From the IMG/VR virus record IMGVR_UViG_3300035501_000524: 64,000 nucleotides of DNA. One strand, given 5' to 3'. The position numbers were made by a program, and so were the translations under genes. Below are positions 1 to 7,407 of this stretch, in pieces. This DNA is from a virus (lineage: Duplodnaviria; Heunggongvirae; Uroviricota; Caudoviricetes). Position 1 is the stretch's first letter; every line of letters begins with the position of its first letter. The notes below the pieces were generated by a model. That model saw only the letters and a program-made list of their open reading frames with translations, made no database searches and was not told the DNA's origin.

Positions 1-140
1 AAAAATTCGCATATGGGGGTCCGGCCGGAAGTTCGGGCCGCTTCGCTCCCGAACGGCCCGTTGATTCAGCGCAGTAGTAACGCGTTACTTCGTTAAAGTG
101 TTACACTTCAACGCGCTAAAGCGACGTGCGCAAGCAAAAG

Positions 141-166
141 GCTGGGTGTCATTACACCCAGCCCGG
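141..166 (-). terminator. Hairpin GGCTGGGTGT-catt-ACACCCAGCC downstream of the 169..309 gene, followed on the minus strand by TTTTGCTTG
   Basis: Inverted repeat read directly from the sequence, immediately 3' of the stop codon. Confidence 0.4.
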
Positions 167-168
167 CC

Positions 169-309
169 TCAGTCTTCCTCTTCATGCTCATCCCTAAATC
201 CCTGCTCAGGGCAGTCGCGCCAAGGATTCCGCAACATGCAACCCCCATCTGCGTAGTAAGGGCAGTCCCAATTATCATCAATGCAATCCCAATCAACTGG
301 CTTTTTCAT
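169..309 (-). CDS. Small Cys-rich protein with acidic tail, 46 aa, family C (WDCP...G.C motif). The start was trimmed to the ATG after the conserved RBS, because the 66-aa ORF in the track reads through the leader.
   Basis: ATG at 307-309 preceded by GAGAGG. The upstream part of the track ORF translates the promoter leader as SNEREVKEM. Paralog of 12242..12394. Confidence 0.5.
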   Translation of the reverse strand: MKKPVDWDCIDDNWDCPYYADGGCMLRNPWRDCPEQGFRDEHEEED

Positions 310-340
310 TTCTTTTACCTCTCTTTCATTTGATACACTT

Positions 341-369
341 ATTTTACCATGAAAAAACATCGTTGTCAA
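341..369 (-). promoter_or_regulatory. Sigma-70-like early promoter: TTGACA (rc of 364-369), 17-bp spacer, TAAAAT (rc of 341-346)
   Basis: Hexamers read as the reverse complement. They are followed by the leader ATCAAATGAAAGAGAGG and then the ATG of 169..309. Confidence 0.6.
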
Positions 370-373
370 GAGA

Positions 374-395
374 AAAATCCCAATTTCTTGGGATT
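374..395 (-). terminator. Hairpin AAATCCCAA-tttc-TTGGGATTT after the stop of 402..812, followed on the minus strand by TTTTTCTC; probable intrinsic terminator
   Basis: Stem-loop plus U-run on the transcribed strand, immediately before the next -35 box. Confidence 0.55.
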
Positions 396-401
396 TTTTC
401 T

Positions 402-812
402 TTATTTTTTCGGTTTTCGCTTCTGAACAAGCGTAAATTCATAGGTTTCATCCCCAATTTGGAAAGAAATCTGTCTTTCTGCATTAGTAATTGTAACATT
501 TTCATAGGAAATTTCGGAATTTTCCTGCAAAAACTGTGCAATTTGTGCAATTACACCAGATTTTGTGGTGTTTTCTTTCTTTTTTTTCTCGAATTTATAG
601 GTTGTAGGCTTCTTTGTGGTAGTTTTTGTACCAGTCTTAGTGTTCGCCTTAACTACCTTTTTCTGCTCTTCTGTCAAGTCATTTGTGACTTCCTTCATTG
701 ACATTTTATCGACCTCAAGGTCATCCATTACAAGGGCAAGTGCTTCATCTCTGGACAGACCTAAAACTTTCATCTGTTTGGAAACTTCCTTTTCAATCTG
801 TTGTGGTGTCAT
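402..812 (-). CDS. Early protein family B, 136 aa: N-terminal helix-extended-helix/SAP-like motif (KQMKVLGLSRDEALALV) and a Lys/Thr-rich middle region
   Basis: ORF with its own promoter at 846-874 (TTGACA-17-TATACT) and the leader ATCAAATGAAGAAAGGAAG. Paralog of 4864..5232. Confidence 0.6.
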   Translation of the reverse strand: MTPQQIEKEVSKQMKVLGLSRDEALALVMDDLEVDKMSMKEVTNDLTEEQKKVVKANTKTGTKTTTKKPTTYKFEKKKKENTTKSGVIAQIAQFLQENSEISYENVTITNAERQISFQIGDETYEFTLVQKRKPKK

Positions 813-911
813 TTTATCGACTTCCTTTCTTCATTTGATACATTAAGTATAGCACACAATTCTAGATCTGTCAAGAGTTTTTTAAACTTTTCCCCTACGG
901 GGAGGGGAGGA

Positions 912-1289
912 TTACTCCTCCTCCTCAATTTCCGCAAGCTTGAAGTAAGCTTTTCTCTTTTCCTCAAATCTGATAACTTTACCTTCATCTTTGAGCTGTC
1001 TAACAAGGGCTGTTACTTTCTGGTTTGCTAAACCTTCCAGTTCCGGAATTTCCTTCATCATCTGGGAGATTGTAGCGGAAGCACCGCCTGCAAGATGAGT
1101 AAGGATAACATTTTTCAGACCTTCATTAGCAGTCTGGGTAGCAGTCGGCTTGCGCTCTGCTGAATTTTTCTTAATGGTCTGCTCAAGAATTTTCTCAAGC
1201 TTTGTAACTGCTTCTTCATTACCTGTTGCTCTAACTGCTTCGATTGCGATTTCAAGGGCTACTTTGTTTGTCATTTTGTTGTTCATCAT
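912..1289 (-). CDS. Early protein family A, 125 aa: MTNKMTNK N-terminus and a predicted winged-helix-like C-terminus; putative DNA-binding protein
   Basis: Promoter TTGACA (rc of 1369-1374), 17 bp, TATAAT (rc of 1346-1351), with an A-tract UP element at 1375-1397. Paralogs at 2984..3361 and 5327..5710. Confidence 0.6.
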   Translation of the reverse strand: MMNNKMTNKVALEIAIEAVRATGNEEAVTKLEKILEQTIKKNSAERKPTATQTANEGLKNVILTHLAGGASATISQMMKEIPELEGLANQKVTALVRQLKDEGKVIRFEEKRKAYFKLAEIEEEE

Positions 1290-1413
1290 GGTATCTACCT
1301 CTTTCTTTCTTTTTTTTATTTGTTTTCTTTGTTCTTTATGTATTTATTATATCATGGGTTATTAGGTTTGTCAAGCTTTTTTTTTATTTTTTTTTGGATT
1401 TTTGTTTGGGGAT

Positions 1414-1776
1414 TCAATCCCCAAACATTTCCTTTACTTTGATAACTTTCTCATACTCGATGTCGAAATTTCTCCATTCACCAGAAGGCGAATAGTAGTA
1501 ATGCCCAATTGATGGGGTCAAACCATTGTAATCATCAAAAGGATTAGAAAGACCTTCTTCCTCTCCCCAATACTGGATAAACAAAGCGGCTTCTTCGGTC
1601 TTAGTTCCGATGAAGTAGGCATCTTCTAATCTCTCAACTGAATTACCTTCTTCATCTGCTAAAGTGAACTGTCCAACAACCGCATTCAGTGCAAGCTGAA
1701 ATTCATAGTTTCTGCATTCATCTTCATCCCAGAACTGTGCTCCATCATTAGCTTCATAGTAAGTTACTTCCTTCAT
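1414..1776 (-). CDS. Hypothetical early protein, about 120 aa; start moved to MKEVTYY
   Basis: The first ATG of the track ORF is the ATG inside the conserved leader ATCAAATGAAGAAAGGA. The ATG at 1774-1776 has proper spacing from the RBS. Confidence 0.5.
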   Translation of the reverse strand: MKEVTYYEANDGAQFWDEDECRNYEFQLALNAVVGQFTLADEEGNSVERLEDAYFIGTKTEEAALFIQYWGEEEGLSNPFDDYNGLTPSIGHYYYSPSGEWRNFDIEYEKVIKVKEMFGD

Positions 1777-1833
1777 TTTATCAATTCCTTTCTTCATTTG
1801 ATGTATTTATTATATCATGGGTTCGGGGTTTTG

Positions 1834-2010
1834 TCAACCCCCAAATCCAAACTTTTTAGCGATTTTTTTACATCTCGCTATTCTTGCTTCTTCATTACCG
1901 CTTTCCATCTGGAAAGTAGTGTACTTTACTTTAAAAGGATGTCCAGAAGCAACCGCTTCTGCATAGCTTGTGGTTTCAACTCCATTTACCAAATAAGATA
2001 CTTTTGTCAT
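1834..2010 (-). CDS. Hypothetical small early protein, 58 aa (MTKVSYLVNG...)
   Basis: Promoter TTGACA-17-TATAAT at about 2046-2074, leader ATCAAATGAAGAAAGAGAGG, ATG at 2008-2010. Confidence 0.5.
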   Translation of the reverse strand: MTKVSYLVNGVETTSYAEAVASGHPFKVKYTTFQMESGNEEARIARCKKIAKKFGFGG

Positions 2011-2011
2011 T

Positions 2012-2221
2012 TTACATTTCCTCTCTTTCTTCATTTGATGTAATCATTATAACATAGATTTGAGGGTCTGTCAATAGTTTTTTTAACTTTTCTCGATTTT
2101 TTCTTCTAGCTGACCGCTTTACCATGCGGGCGTCTTTTGCCCTGTTCCGATTATGAACACATTTTGCGTTGATGTCCCAACAGGTAAAGCCCACCATTGT
2201 TTCTCTCTTAAAAGCATCCAT
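2012..2221 (-). CDS. Hypothetical basic small protein (RNRAKDARMVKRSARRKNRE); the C-terminal part overlaps the next promoter, so the true end is uncertain
   Basis: Promoter TTGACA-17-GGTATAAT at about 2238-2268 and a strong RBS AAGGAGGG before the ATG at 2219-2221. Confidence 0.4.
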   Translation of the reverse strand: MDAFKRETMVGFTCWDINAKCVHNRNRAKDARMVKRSARRKNREKLKKLLTDPQIYVIMITSNEEREEM

Positions 2222-2342
2222 TGTTTGTTCCCTCCTTTACTTTCTAAAGAAATTATACCAAAATTTTGGGAAAATGTCAATTCCGGAATATTAACCAAAA
2301 TTTGAGAAGAAAATTTGTATAGATTGACTATTGACGAAAAAC

Positions 2343-2400
2343 CGGCCGTCGCATGCGACCACGGCCGGCCAATTATACTACATCTTCTGGAATTTGTCAA
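2343..2400 (-). promoter_or_regulatory. Repeated-element copy A: minus promoter TTGACA (rc of 2395-2400), 17 bp, TATAAT (rc of 2372-2377), firing directly into the GC hairpin CCGGCCGT...ACGGCCGG (2343-2368) followed by TTTTT
   Basis: A promoter, hairpin and U-run with no ORF between them. It lies about 80 nt upstream of the promoter of 2012..2221. Confidence 0.5.
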
Positions 2401-2440
2401 GTAGTAAAATTGCATAAAAAAAAGAAGCCCGAAGGCTTCT

Positions 2441-2641
2441 TTAACTGTAGAAGTATGCGGCTTCCCTCATTTCCTCCTCTGTACATTCCACATGACACAT
2501 GTCAGTTGCGTATGCGGCGACTCCTACCCAGCTTCCGGGCTTACATCTTGCATTTGCAAGATGCTTAGCATCTCGAGCCTTTTCATTCTCAATCATTCTC
2601 GCAAGCGTTAAAGAAGTATTTACCAAACCACGAACATCCAT
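2441..2641 (-). CDS. Hypothetical small early protein, 66 aa
   Basis: Promoter TTGACA-17-TATAAT at about 2662-2692, leader ATCAAAAAGAAAGAGAGG. The terminator hairpin GAAGCC-cgaa-GGCTTC at 2424-2439 has a U-run on the minus strand. Confidence 0.5.
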   Translation of the reverse strand: MDVRGLVNTSLTLARMIENEKARDAKHLANARCKPGSWVGVAAYATDMCHVECTEEEMREAAYFYS

Positions 2642-2698
2642 TTCATTTTCCTCTCTTTCTTTTTGATAGAATCATTATATCATACCTTTTGGTTAATG

Positions 2699-2899
2699 TC
2701 AATAAGAATTTTCATAATCCACAACCATTTCTTTATATCTGCCGGAAATCGTATTTCTAAGAATCCGCCATACTCTCCAAATGGGATTTCCACCCGTAAA
2801 AGCTGAATGATAAACACTCTTGAAATTGTTTAAAGATTTTCTTTCCGTCCACGCTTTAAGTGCATGGTATGTACTTGCTTTAATGTTCCATTTTGCCAT
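2699..2899 (-). CDS. Hypothetical small early protein, 66 aa
   Basis: Promoter TTGACA-17-TATAAT at about 2925-2960, leader ATCAAAAGAAAGAGAGG. Confidence 0.5.
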   Translation of the reverse strand: MAKWNIKASTYHALKAWTERKSLNNFKSVYHSAFTGGNPIWRVWRILRNTISGRYKEMVVDYENSY

Positions 2900-2983
2900 T
2901 TTTCTTTTCCTCTCTTTCTTTTGATACTGTTATTATACCATAGCGTGGACTAGTTGTCAACCCCCTTTGGGGGAAACTGAGGA

Positions 2984-3361
2984 TTATTCCTCAGTTTCAG
3001 TGTTAAGGTAAAAGTATACCTTTCTCTTTTCCTCAATTCTGATGACTACGCCATCTTCTTTGAGCTGTCTCACAATAGCGGAGACTTTCTGGTTAGACAG
3101 CCCCTCAAGGCTTGCCACACCTTTCATAATCTCTGTTACTGTCGCTCTCTTGCCATCAGACAGGAAAGCTACAATGTCTGCTTTCAGACCTTCATTAGCA
3201 ACCTGCGTTGCTGTCGGTTTTCTCTCCGCAGAGTTCTTTTTAACAGTCTGCTCAAGAATTTTCTCAAGCTTTTCAATAACCTCTGTATTCGGGGTTTCCT
3301 GTGCTCCCAGAGTTGCGATTGCGATTTCCAGTGCCTTTTTGTTAGTCATTTTGTTTGTCAT
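2984..3361 (-). CDS. Early protein family A, paralog 2, 125 aa
   Basis: Strong similarity to 912..1289 and 5327..5710 (EKLEKILEQT.KKNSAERKPTATQ.ANEGLK). Promoter at about 3407-3437. Confidence 0.6.
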   Translation of the reverse strand: MTNKMTNKKALEIAIATLGAQETPNTEVIEKLEKILEQTVKKNSAERKPTATQVANEGLKADIVAFLSDGKRATVTEIMKGVASLEGLSNQKVSAIVRQLKEDGVVIRIEEKRKVYFYLNTETEE

Positions 3362-3993
3362 AGTATCAATTCCTTTCTGGTTTTTAGAACTTTTTCCTTG
3401 TTCCTTTTGATGTTTTTATTATATCATGTTTGATAATGGTTGTCAAGAGGTTTTTGAAAAAACTTTTTTGGGTGCTTTGCTTAGGTAAGTCTTGTTTATT
3501 TGATTGAATAGTTGGTTCCTTGCCATTCTTCAACTGGAAACCGCTTACACTCTAAGCAACTGTTTGGTTTTTCTCAACCTCTGTGACTCCATTATAACAC
3601 TCTCAGCTAAGATTGTCAAGTGTTTTTTTTTATTTCATCTTCTGGATTTTCGAGGAGCGCTCAACTCGTTTTCCTTCTTGATGCTTTTATTATATCATAG
3701 CTTGAAGTGTTTGTCAAGAAGTTTTTTTTATTTTTTTTTGAAGATGGCTCTTCCGACCGCCAATTACAACCTATCCAAGTTCGACTGTTAGGCAACTTCC
3801 TTCTTGACTATGTACTTATTATAGCACATCTGGTTTAGTTTGTCAAGAGGTTTTTTTTATTTTTTTTCTTTCGGCTTCTGGAAGCCTTTCCCTCCTGACA
3901 GTTATTATAATATCACATCTACCCCTAGAATACAATTGGTAAAATGCACAAATTTTGGGAAAAATATTTGTGCAGTTTTTTCACCGGTTTTGC

Positions 3994-4023
3994 TTGACAA
4001 AATGCTGAAGCCTGTGGTATAAT
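3994..4023 (+). promoter_or_regulatory. Repeated-element copy B: plus-strand promoter TTGACA (3994-3999), 18 bp, TATAAT (4018-4023), driving three consecutive hairpins at 4031-4057, 4055-4073 and 4077-4101
   Basis: Hexamers on the plus strand inside the minus-strand gene block. Downstream is GC-rich structured sequence with no ORF. Confidence 0.5.
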
Positions 4024-4082
4024 CGAAATTCTGGCCGCGTCAGTGGAAAGCGGCCAGCCCAATTATCGGGCTGACCTTAGGC

Positions 4083-4367
4083 TTACAGCTGATAGCCTAA
4101 GCCTTTCAGCAGGTCAATTAGCTGTTCACTCTTGGTGTACTGACGATGGTTCGGGATGAGTACAGCGGCTACCACCTCAGCTTTGTATCCGGTGTCGAAC
4201 TCCGGATCATCCAGAGCCTCCTGAGGAGTCATGAACTGGATGCGGTTGATGATGGTCACGTTGCCATCGGCGTCATTCGCATCGAGGAAGTCAGCCGCCT
4301 CAAACGGGTCAGCGAACAGTGCGTTGTATTCAGCTCCATTGATTGTCATGTAATATTTGTCTAACAT
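4083..4367 (-). CDS. Hypothetical early protein, about 94 aa (MLDKYYMTINGAEYNALF...); the track ORF start at 4541 was rejected
   Basis: Promoter TTGACA (rc of 4422-4427), 17 bp, TATAAT (rc of 4399-4404), and the leader ATCAAATGAAAGAGAGG lie inside the track ORF. The real ATG is at 4365-4367. Confidence 0.5.
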   Translation of the reverse strand: MLDKYYMTINGAEYNALFADPFEAADFLDANDADGNVTIINRIQFMTPQEALDDPEFDTGYKAEVVAAVLIPNHRQYTKSEQLIDLLKGLGYQL

Positions 4368-4510
4368 TTTCATTACCTCTCTTTCATTTGATAAGACTAT
4401 TATAATGCCTACGTGCCATTTTGTCAACCCATTTCGGGAAATTCGTTTAAAAAATTTTGCACAAAGATTTCCAAAAGAAAAACTCTGAACTATACAAACT
4501 GCACAAAAAC

Positions 4511-4570
4511 CGCCCCGCGCAAGCGTAATCGGGCGGCCCAATTATACTTCACCTTTTGGATTTTGTCAAT
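4511..4570 (-). promoter_or_regulatory. Repeated-element copy C: minus promoter TTGACA (rc of 4565-4570), 18 bp, TATAAT (rc of 4541-4546), firing into a GC hairpin at 4511-4537 followed by TTTTT
   Basis: Same architecture as copy A, flanked by several TGCACAAA motifs. Confidence 0.5.
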
Positions 4571-4641
4571 AGGCAAAATGCACAAAATTTTGATTCGTCA
4601 TTTTGCACAAAAACGTGCTTTGTGCAAATTGCACAAAAAAA

Positions 4642-4675
4642 ATGACCCCTATTTTCTGGGGTCATTTTTTTTAAA
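4642..4675. terminator. Bidirectional terminator: hairpin ATGACCCC-tattttct-GGGGTCAT with T-runs on both sides
   Basis: Perfect 8-bp GC-containing stem flanked by A8 and T8 runs. Confidence 0.6.
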
Positions 4676-4822
4676 CCAGCTGTAAGGTAAAGCGGTTTTC
4701 ATGTTCCAACAGATGCGCCTGTATTGCGCTTTTACCCTTTGCGAGAATCTCACCTGTTTCTAAATCCAAAAGAATGTTATCTGCATTTTTGTCGATTACT
4801 AAACCGAAATGTTTCATGTTTT
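4676..4822 (-). CDS. Small hypothetical protein, 48 aa (MKHFGLVIDKNADNILLDLETGEILAKGK...); not in the ORF track
   Basis: RBS AAAGGAGATAAAAAC before the ATG at 4820-4822, stop at 4676-4678. Confidence 0.35.
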
Positions 4823-4863
4823 TATCTCCTTTGCGCTTTTCCTATTTTTTGGTTTTTCGCCCC

Positions 4864-5232
4864 CTATTTTCTGGGGGCGCTCAAAACCACTTTGTATTTT
4901 GTATCATGGAAGTGAAAAACAAACTCTCTTTCTGGGTTCGCAACTTCATCAACCGCAATTCCCAAACTGTCAGACAACGCTTGAATCATGGTTGAAACCA
5001 GTTCTTCCTTGTCTGGATTCTTTTTCTTTTCCCTCTTGGAAGTATCAAACTTATAAGCTGTCACCTTTCTTTCAACCTGTCTTGCTTTCTTGGAAGCTTT
5101 TTCCTGTTCCTTAGATAAATCAAAAAGCTTTTCGCCTTTATCAATCCGCTCATCATCTTCAATCAGCTGAATTGCTTCTTCTCTTGTTAAACCGAGCAAT
5201 TTCATTTGCTTTGCAATCAGTTTTTCATTCAT
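4864..5232 (-). CDS. Early protein family B, paralog 2, 122 aa (KQMKLLGLTREEAIQLI SAP-like N-terminus)
   Basis: Paralog of 402..812. It lies immediately downstream of the family A gene 5327..5710, the same A-then-B order as 912..1289 and 402..812. Confidence 0.6.
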   Translation of the reverse strand: MNEKLIAKQMKLLGLTREEAIQLIEDDERIDKGEKLFDLSKEQEKASKKARQVERKVTAYKFDTSKREKKKNPDKEELVSTMIQALSDSLGIAVDEVANPEREFVFHFHDTKYKVVLSAPRK

Positions 5233-5326
5233 GCTGTTTTATCTCCTCTCTTTAGCTTATACTTTATTCTATCACAGCCGATTGAGATTGTCAAGGGGAA
5301 ATTTGCATTTCCCCTTGATTTTTTCT

Positions 5327-5710
5327 TTACTCTTCTTCCTCAGAAGAGTTGTAAGCGAAATACGCTTTCCGCTTTTCCTCGATTCTCACAACCAGATTTT
5401 CCTCTTTCAGATTTCTCACAAGAGCGGTTACTTTCTGGTTAGCAAGACCCTCGAGTTCCGGAACTTCTTTCATCAGTTCCGAAATTGTCTTTTTCTCACC
5501 TGTCGCTTTCAGATAAGCGAGAATGTTTTCTTTCAGACCCTCATTTGCGGTCTGAGTTGCTGTTGGCTTTCTCTCAGCCGAGTTTTTCTTGATTGTCTGT
5601 TCAAGAATTTTTTCCAATTTCTCGATAACCTCTGTATTAGGAGTTGCCTGAGCGTTCATAACCTCGATTGCGATTTCCAGTGCTTTTTTGTTTGTCATTT
5701 TGTTTGTCAT
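5327..5710 (-). CDS. Early protein family A, paralog 3, 127 aa
   Basis: Promoter TTGACA-17-TATAAT at about 5762-5795 with a long A-tract UP element. Confidence 0.6.
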   Translation of the reverse strand: MTNKMTNKKALEIAIEVMNAQATPNTEVIEKLEKILEQTIKKNSAERKPTATQTANEGLKENILAYLKATGEKKTISELMKEVPELEGLANQKVTALVRNLKEENLVVRIEEKRKAYFAYNSSEEEE

Positions 5711-5933
5711 AATACCTACCTCTTTCTTTCTTTTAATTTTTATTTTGTTTTCTTTATGTATTTATTATATCATAGGGTTTTATGTTTGTCAAGACTTTTT
5801 TTTTTATTTTTTTTTTCTTTTTTTTTATTTCACTCTTGACTTTCCTTCCCTTGCTACTCTTTAATGATACCACAGGTTGACTTGTTTGTCAAGCTTTTTT
5901 TTTATTTTTTTTTCGCCGTCCTTGTGGGCTTGT

Positions 5934-6632
5934 TTAAGCCCACAACTTCCGAACCATTTTCTTGTGCTGTTTAAAACAGTATGCAAGAATTTCTTTTTCA
6001 ATTAAAACATCTTCTAAACCAGTGTGGTTTTCAGAAAATTCATTGTTTTTTGAAATAAATCTGTAAAGGATTTCAGCGGTAAACCGAAGTCTGCCATTTT
6101 TGGTCAAATAACCATTTTCTTCACAAAATTTCTGATAAGTTGGCATTTTTCCAATAACCTGTCTTGACATTTTCAAAGTGTCGCAAATTTCAGTTCCATA
6201 AGGAAAGAAAAACCGATATTTTGATTTTGTCAGCCATCTTTGCGTATTATTTAAAGTTCCATAGTCAAAACGCATGTTGTGCGCATAGACTTCTTTTACC
6301 TCATAGAGTTTCATGTCATCTGCAAGCTGTTTTCTGATTTCATAGAAACTTGCAACAACTCTTTTGCCCTCTGCAATTTCCTTTTTATACATCGGAATTT
6401 TTTTTGCATAATAGCTTGACTTCATCAGCTCTTTTTCTTTATTGAAAATTTCATCAACAACAAAACTTCTTGCTACATACACAACACCCCTTTTATCAAC
6501 TACCGCCCAACCTATATCATAGGAAAACATGTTGCTAGGAAGAACATCTTCCAGAGTATTGTCAAGCGGACAACTCTCGCAATCTAAAACTACCTTGTAA
6601 CTAATTCTTCTGTCAATTTTTTTCTGCTCCAT
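5934..6632 (-). CDS. DEDDh-type 3'-5' exonuclease-like protein (DnaQ/RNase T/oligoribonuclease fold), 232 aa
   Basis: Candidate exonuclease motifs: I VLDCESCPLD (D.E), II YAHNMRFDYGTL (H/N..FD), III HTGLEDVLIEKE (H....D). Recognised from the motifs, not from an alignment. Confidence 0.45.
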   Translation of the reverse strand: MEQKKIDRRISYKVVLDCESCPLDNTLEDVLPSNMFSYDIGWAVVDKRGVVYVARSFVVDEIFNKEKELMKSSYYAKKIPMYKKEIAEGKRVVASFYEIRKQLADDMKLYEVKEVYAHNMRFDYGTLNNTQRWLTKSKYRFFFPYGTEICDTLKMSRQVIGKMPTYQKFCEENGYLTKNGRLRFTAEILYRFISKNNEFSENHTGLEDVLIEKEILAYCFKQHKKMVRKLWA

Positions 6633-6962
6633 TTCTTTTTACCTCTCTGTTCTTTATGTATTTATTATATCATGGAGTAGGAAGTTTGTCAAGCATTTTT
6701 TTTATTTATTTTTATTTTTTTTTTGTTTGCTCTTGACTTCTGTTCCCCTCAACTGATAAACCTATTATAAGCCTTTTCATCATAGAATACAATAGGCAAT
6801 CTGCACAAAGATGATAGAAAATTTTTGTTAATTCTGCCAGGAGTAAAAGTTGCACAAAGTTTTGCCATGAAGTTTGTGCAGGTTGCCCATTGACACGCCC
6901 CAGGCTAGCAAAGTGCCCAATTTCGGGAGAATTTAAGCGAGAAAATTTGTGCAACTTTTCGC

Positions 6963-6991
6963 TTGACAAAAGCTGAGCCGTGTGGTATAAT
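6963..6991 (+). promoter_or_regulatory. Repeated-element copy D: plus promoter TTGACA (6963-6968), 17 bp, TATAAT (6986-6991)
   Basis: Consensus hexamers. The transcript would begin at the GC hairpin 7001-7024 and end at the terminator 7081-7125. Confidence 0.55.
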
Positions 6992-7000
6992 GGAAATTTC

Positions 7001-7024
7001 GCCGGCCCAGGTGCGTGGCCGGCG
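7001..7024. other. GC-rich palindromic hairpin GCCGGCC-caggtgcgt-GGCCGGC lying between convergent promoters
   Basis: Stem read directly. Analogous GC hairpins occur in copies A, B, C and E with different stem sequences. Confidence 0.5.
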
Positions 7025-7028
7025 CGCC

Positions 7029-7057
7029 ATTTTACATCATCTCCTGGAATTTGTCAA
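7029..7057 (-). promoter_or_regulatory. Repeated-element copy D: minus promoter TTGACA (rc of 7052-7057), 17 bp, TAAAAT (rc of 7029-7034), converging on hairpin 7001-7024
   Basis: Hexamers read as the reverse complement. There is no gene downstream on the minus strand before the promoter of 5934..6632. Confidence 0.5.
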
Positions 7058-7080
7058 TAGGCAATTTAGACAAAAATTTA

Positions 7081-7125
7081 GAGTCAAGTTTATGCAACTT
7101 GACTCTTGACTTTTTACTTTTATTT
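7081..7125. terminator. Hairpin GAGTCAAGTT-tatgc-AACTTGACTC plus a T-rich run, the plus-strand terminator for the copy-D transcript; it also follows the stop of minus gene 7132..7341
   Basis: 10-bp perfect stem followed by TTGACTTTTTACTTTTATTTG on the plus strand, and by AAATTTTT on the minus strand. Confidence 0.5.
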
Positions 7126-7131
7126 GTCCCT

Positions 7132-7341
7132 TTAATCCTCGTAGAAATTCACTGGATAAATCTGCTCATCGTAGTAATAGCCTTCTTCTTCCATCTGTTG
7201 GCGCGCTTCTTCTTTTTCTTTTTCCTCGCTCTCTTTAAACCGATAGTTTAAATAATAGGTTTCAAAGGCTTGCATTGCTAACTCTTTTGTTGCGTACGCT
7301 CCAATGTCTCCATCACTATCCCAAACGTAAATTCTTTTCAT
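7132..7341 (-). CDS. Hypothetical small acidic protein, 69 aa
   Basis: ORF with an upstream promoter-like TTGACA at 7382-7387 (rc). Confidence 0.45.
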   Translation of the reverse strand: MKRIYVWDSDGDIGAYATKELAMQAFETYYLNYRFKESEEKEKEEARQQMEEEGYYYDEQIYPVNFYED

Positions 7342-7407
7342 TGTATCAACCTCTTTTCTTTTTTCTTTATTATACCACTGTTGACGCCCCCTGTCAAGGG
7401 GAAATTC

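Noticed and set aside
60-140. tRNA gene in the GC-rich left edge
   Set aside because: The palindromes could not be arranged into a cloverleaf with an acceptor stem, D-arm, anticodon arm and T-arm of correct sizes. It is more likely a set of simple hairpins.
809-1006. 65-aa minus-strand ORF (…EKFKKLLTDLELCAILNVSNEERKSIK)
   Set aside because: It is simply the promoter, leader and RBS of gene 402..812 translated in a stop-free frame: KLLTD = TTGACA, SNEER = the AAAGAGAGG leader. It overlaps the 3' end of 912..1289. The same artefact explains the extended N-termini of many ORFs in the track.
2119-2415. 98-aa minus-strand ORF spanning element A
   Set aside because: It runs across a promoter, a GC hairpin and a terminator, and overlaps the better-supported gene 2012..2221. 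No RBS or start context.
3504-3791. Plus-strand ORFs of 60-100 aa in the early region (3504..3791, 4413..4685, 5231..5839, 1150..1495 and others)
   Set aside because: These are low-complexity translations of the T-rich UP elements and promoters (poly-Phe/Leu). They lie antisense to well-supported minus-strand genes and have no RBS.
6712-6969. 85-aa minus-strand ORF inside element D
   Set aside because: It covers the TGCACAAA repeat region of the repeated element and has no RBS or promoter. Other copies of the element have no ORF in the equivalent position.
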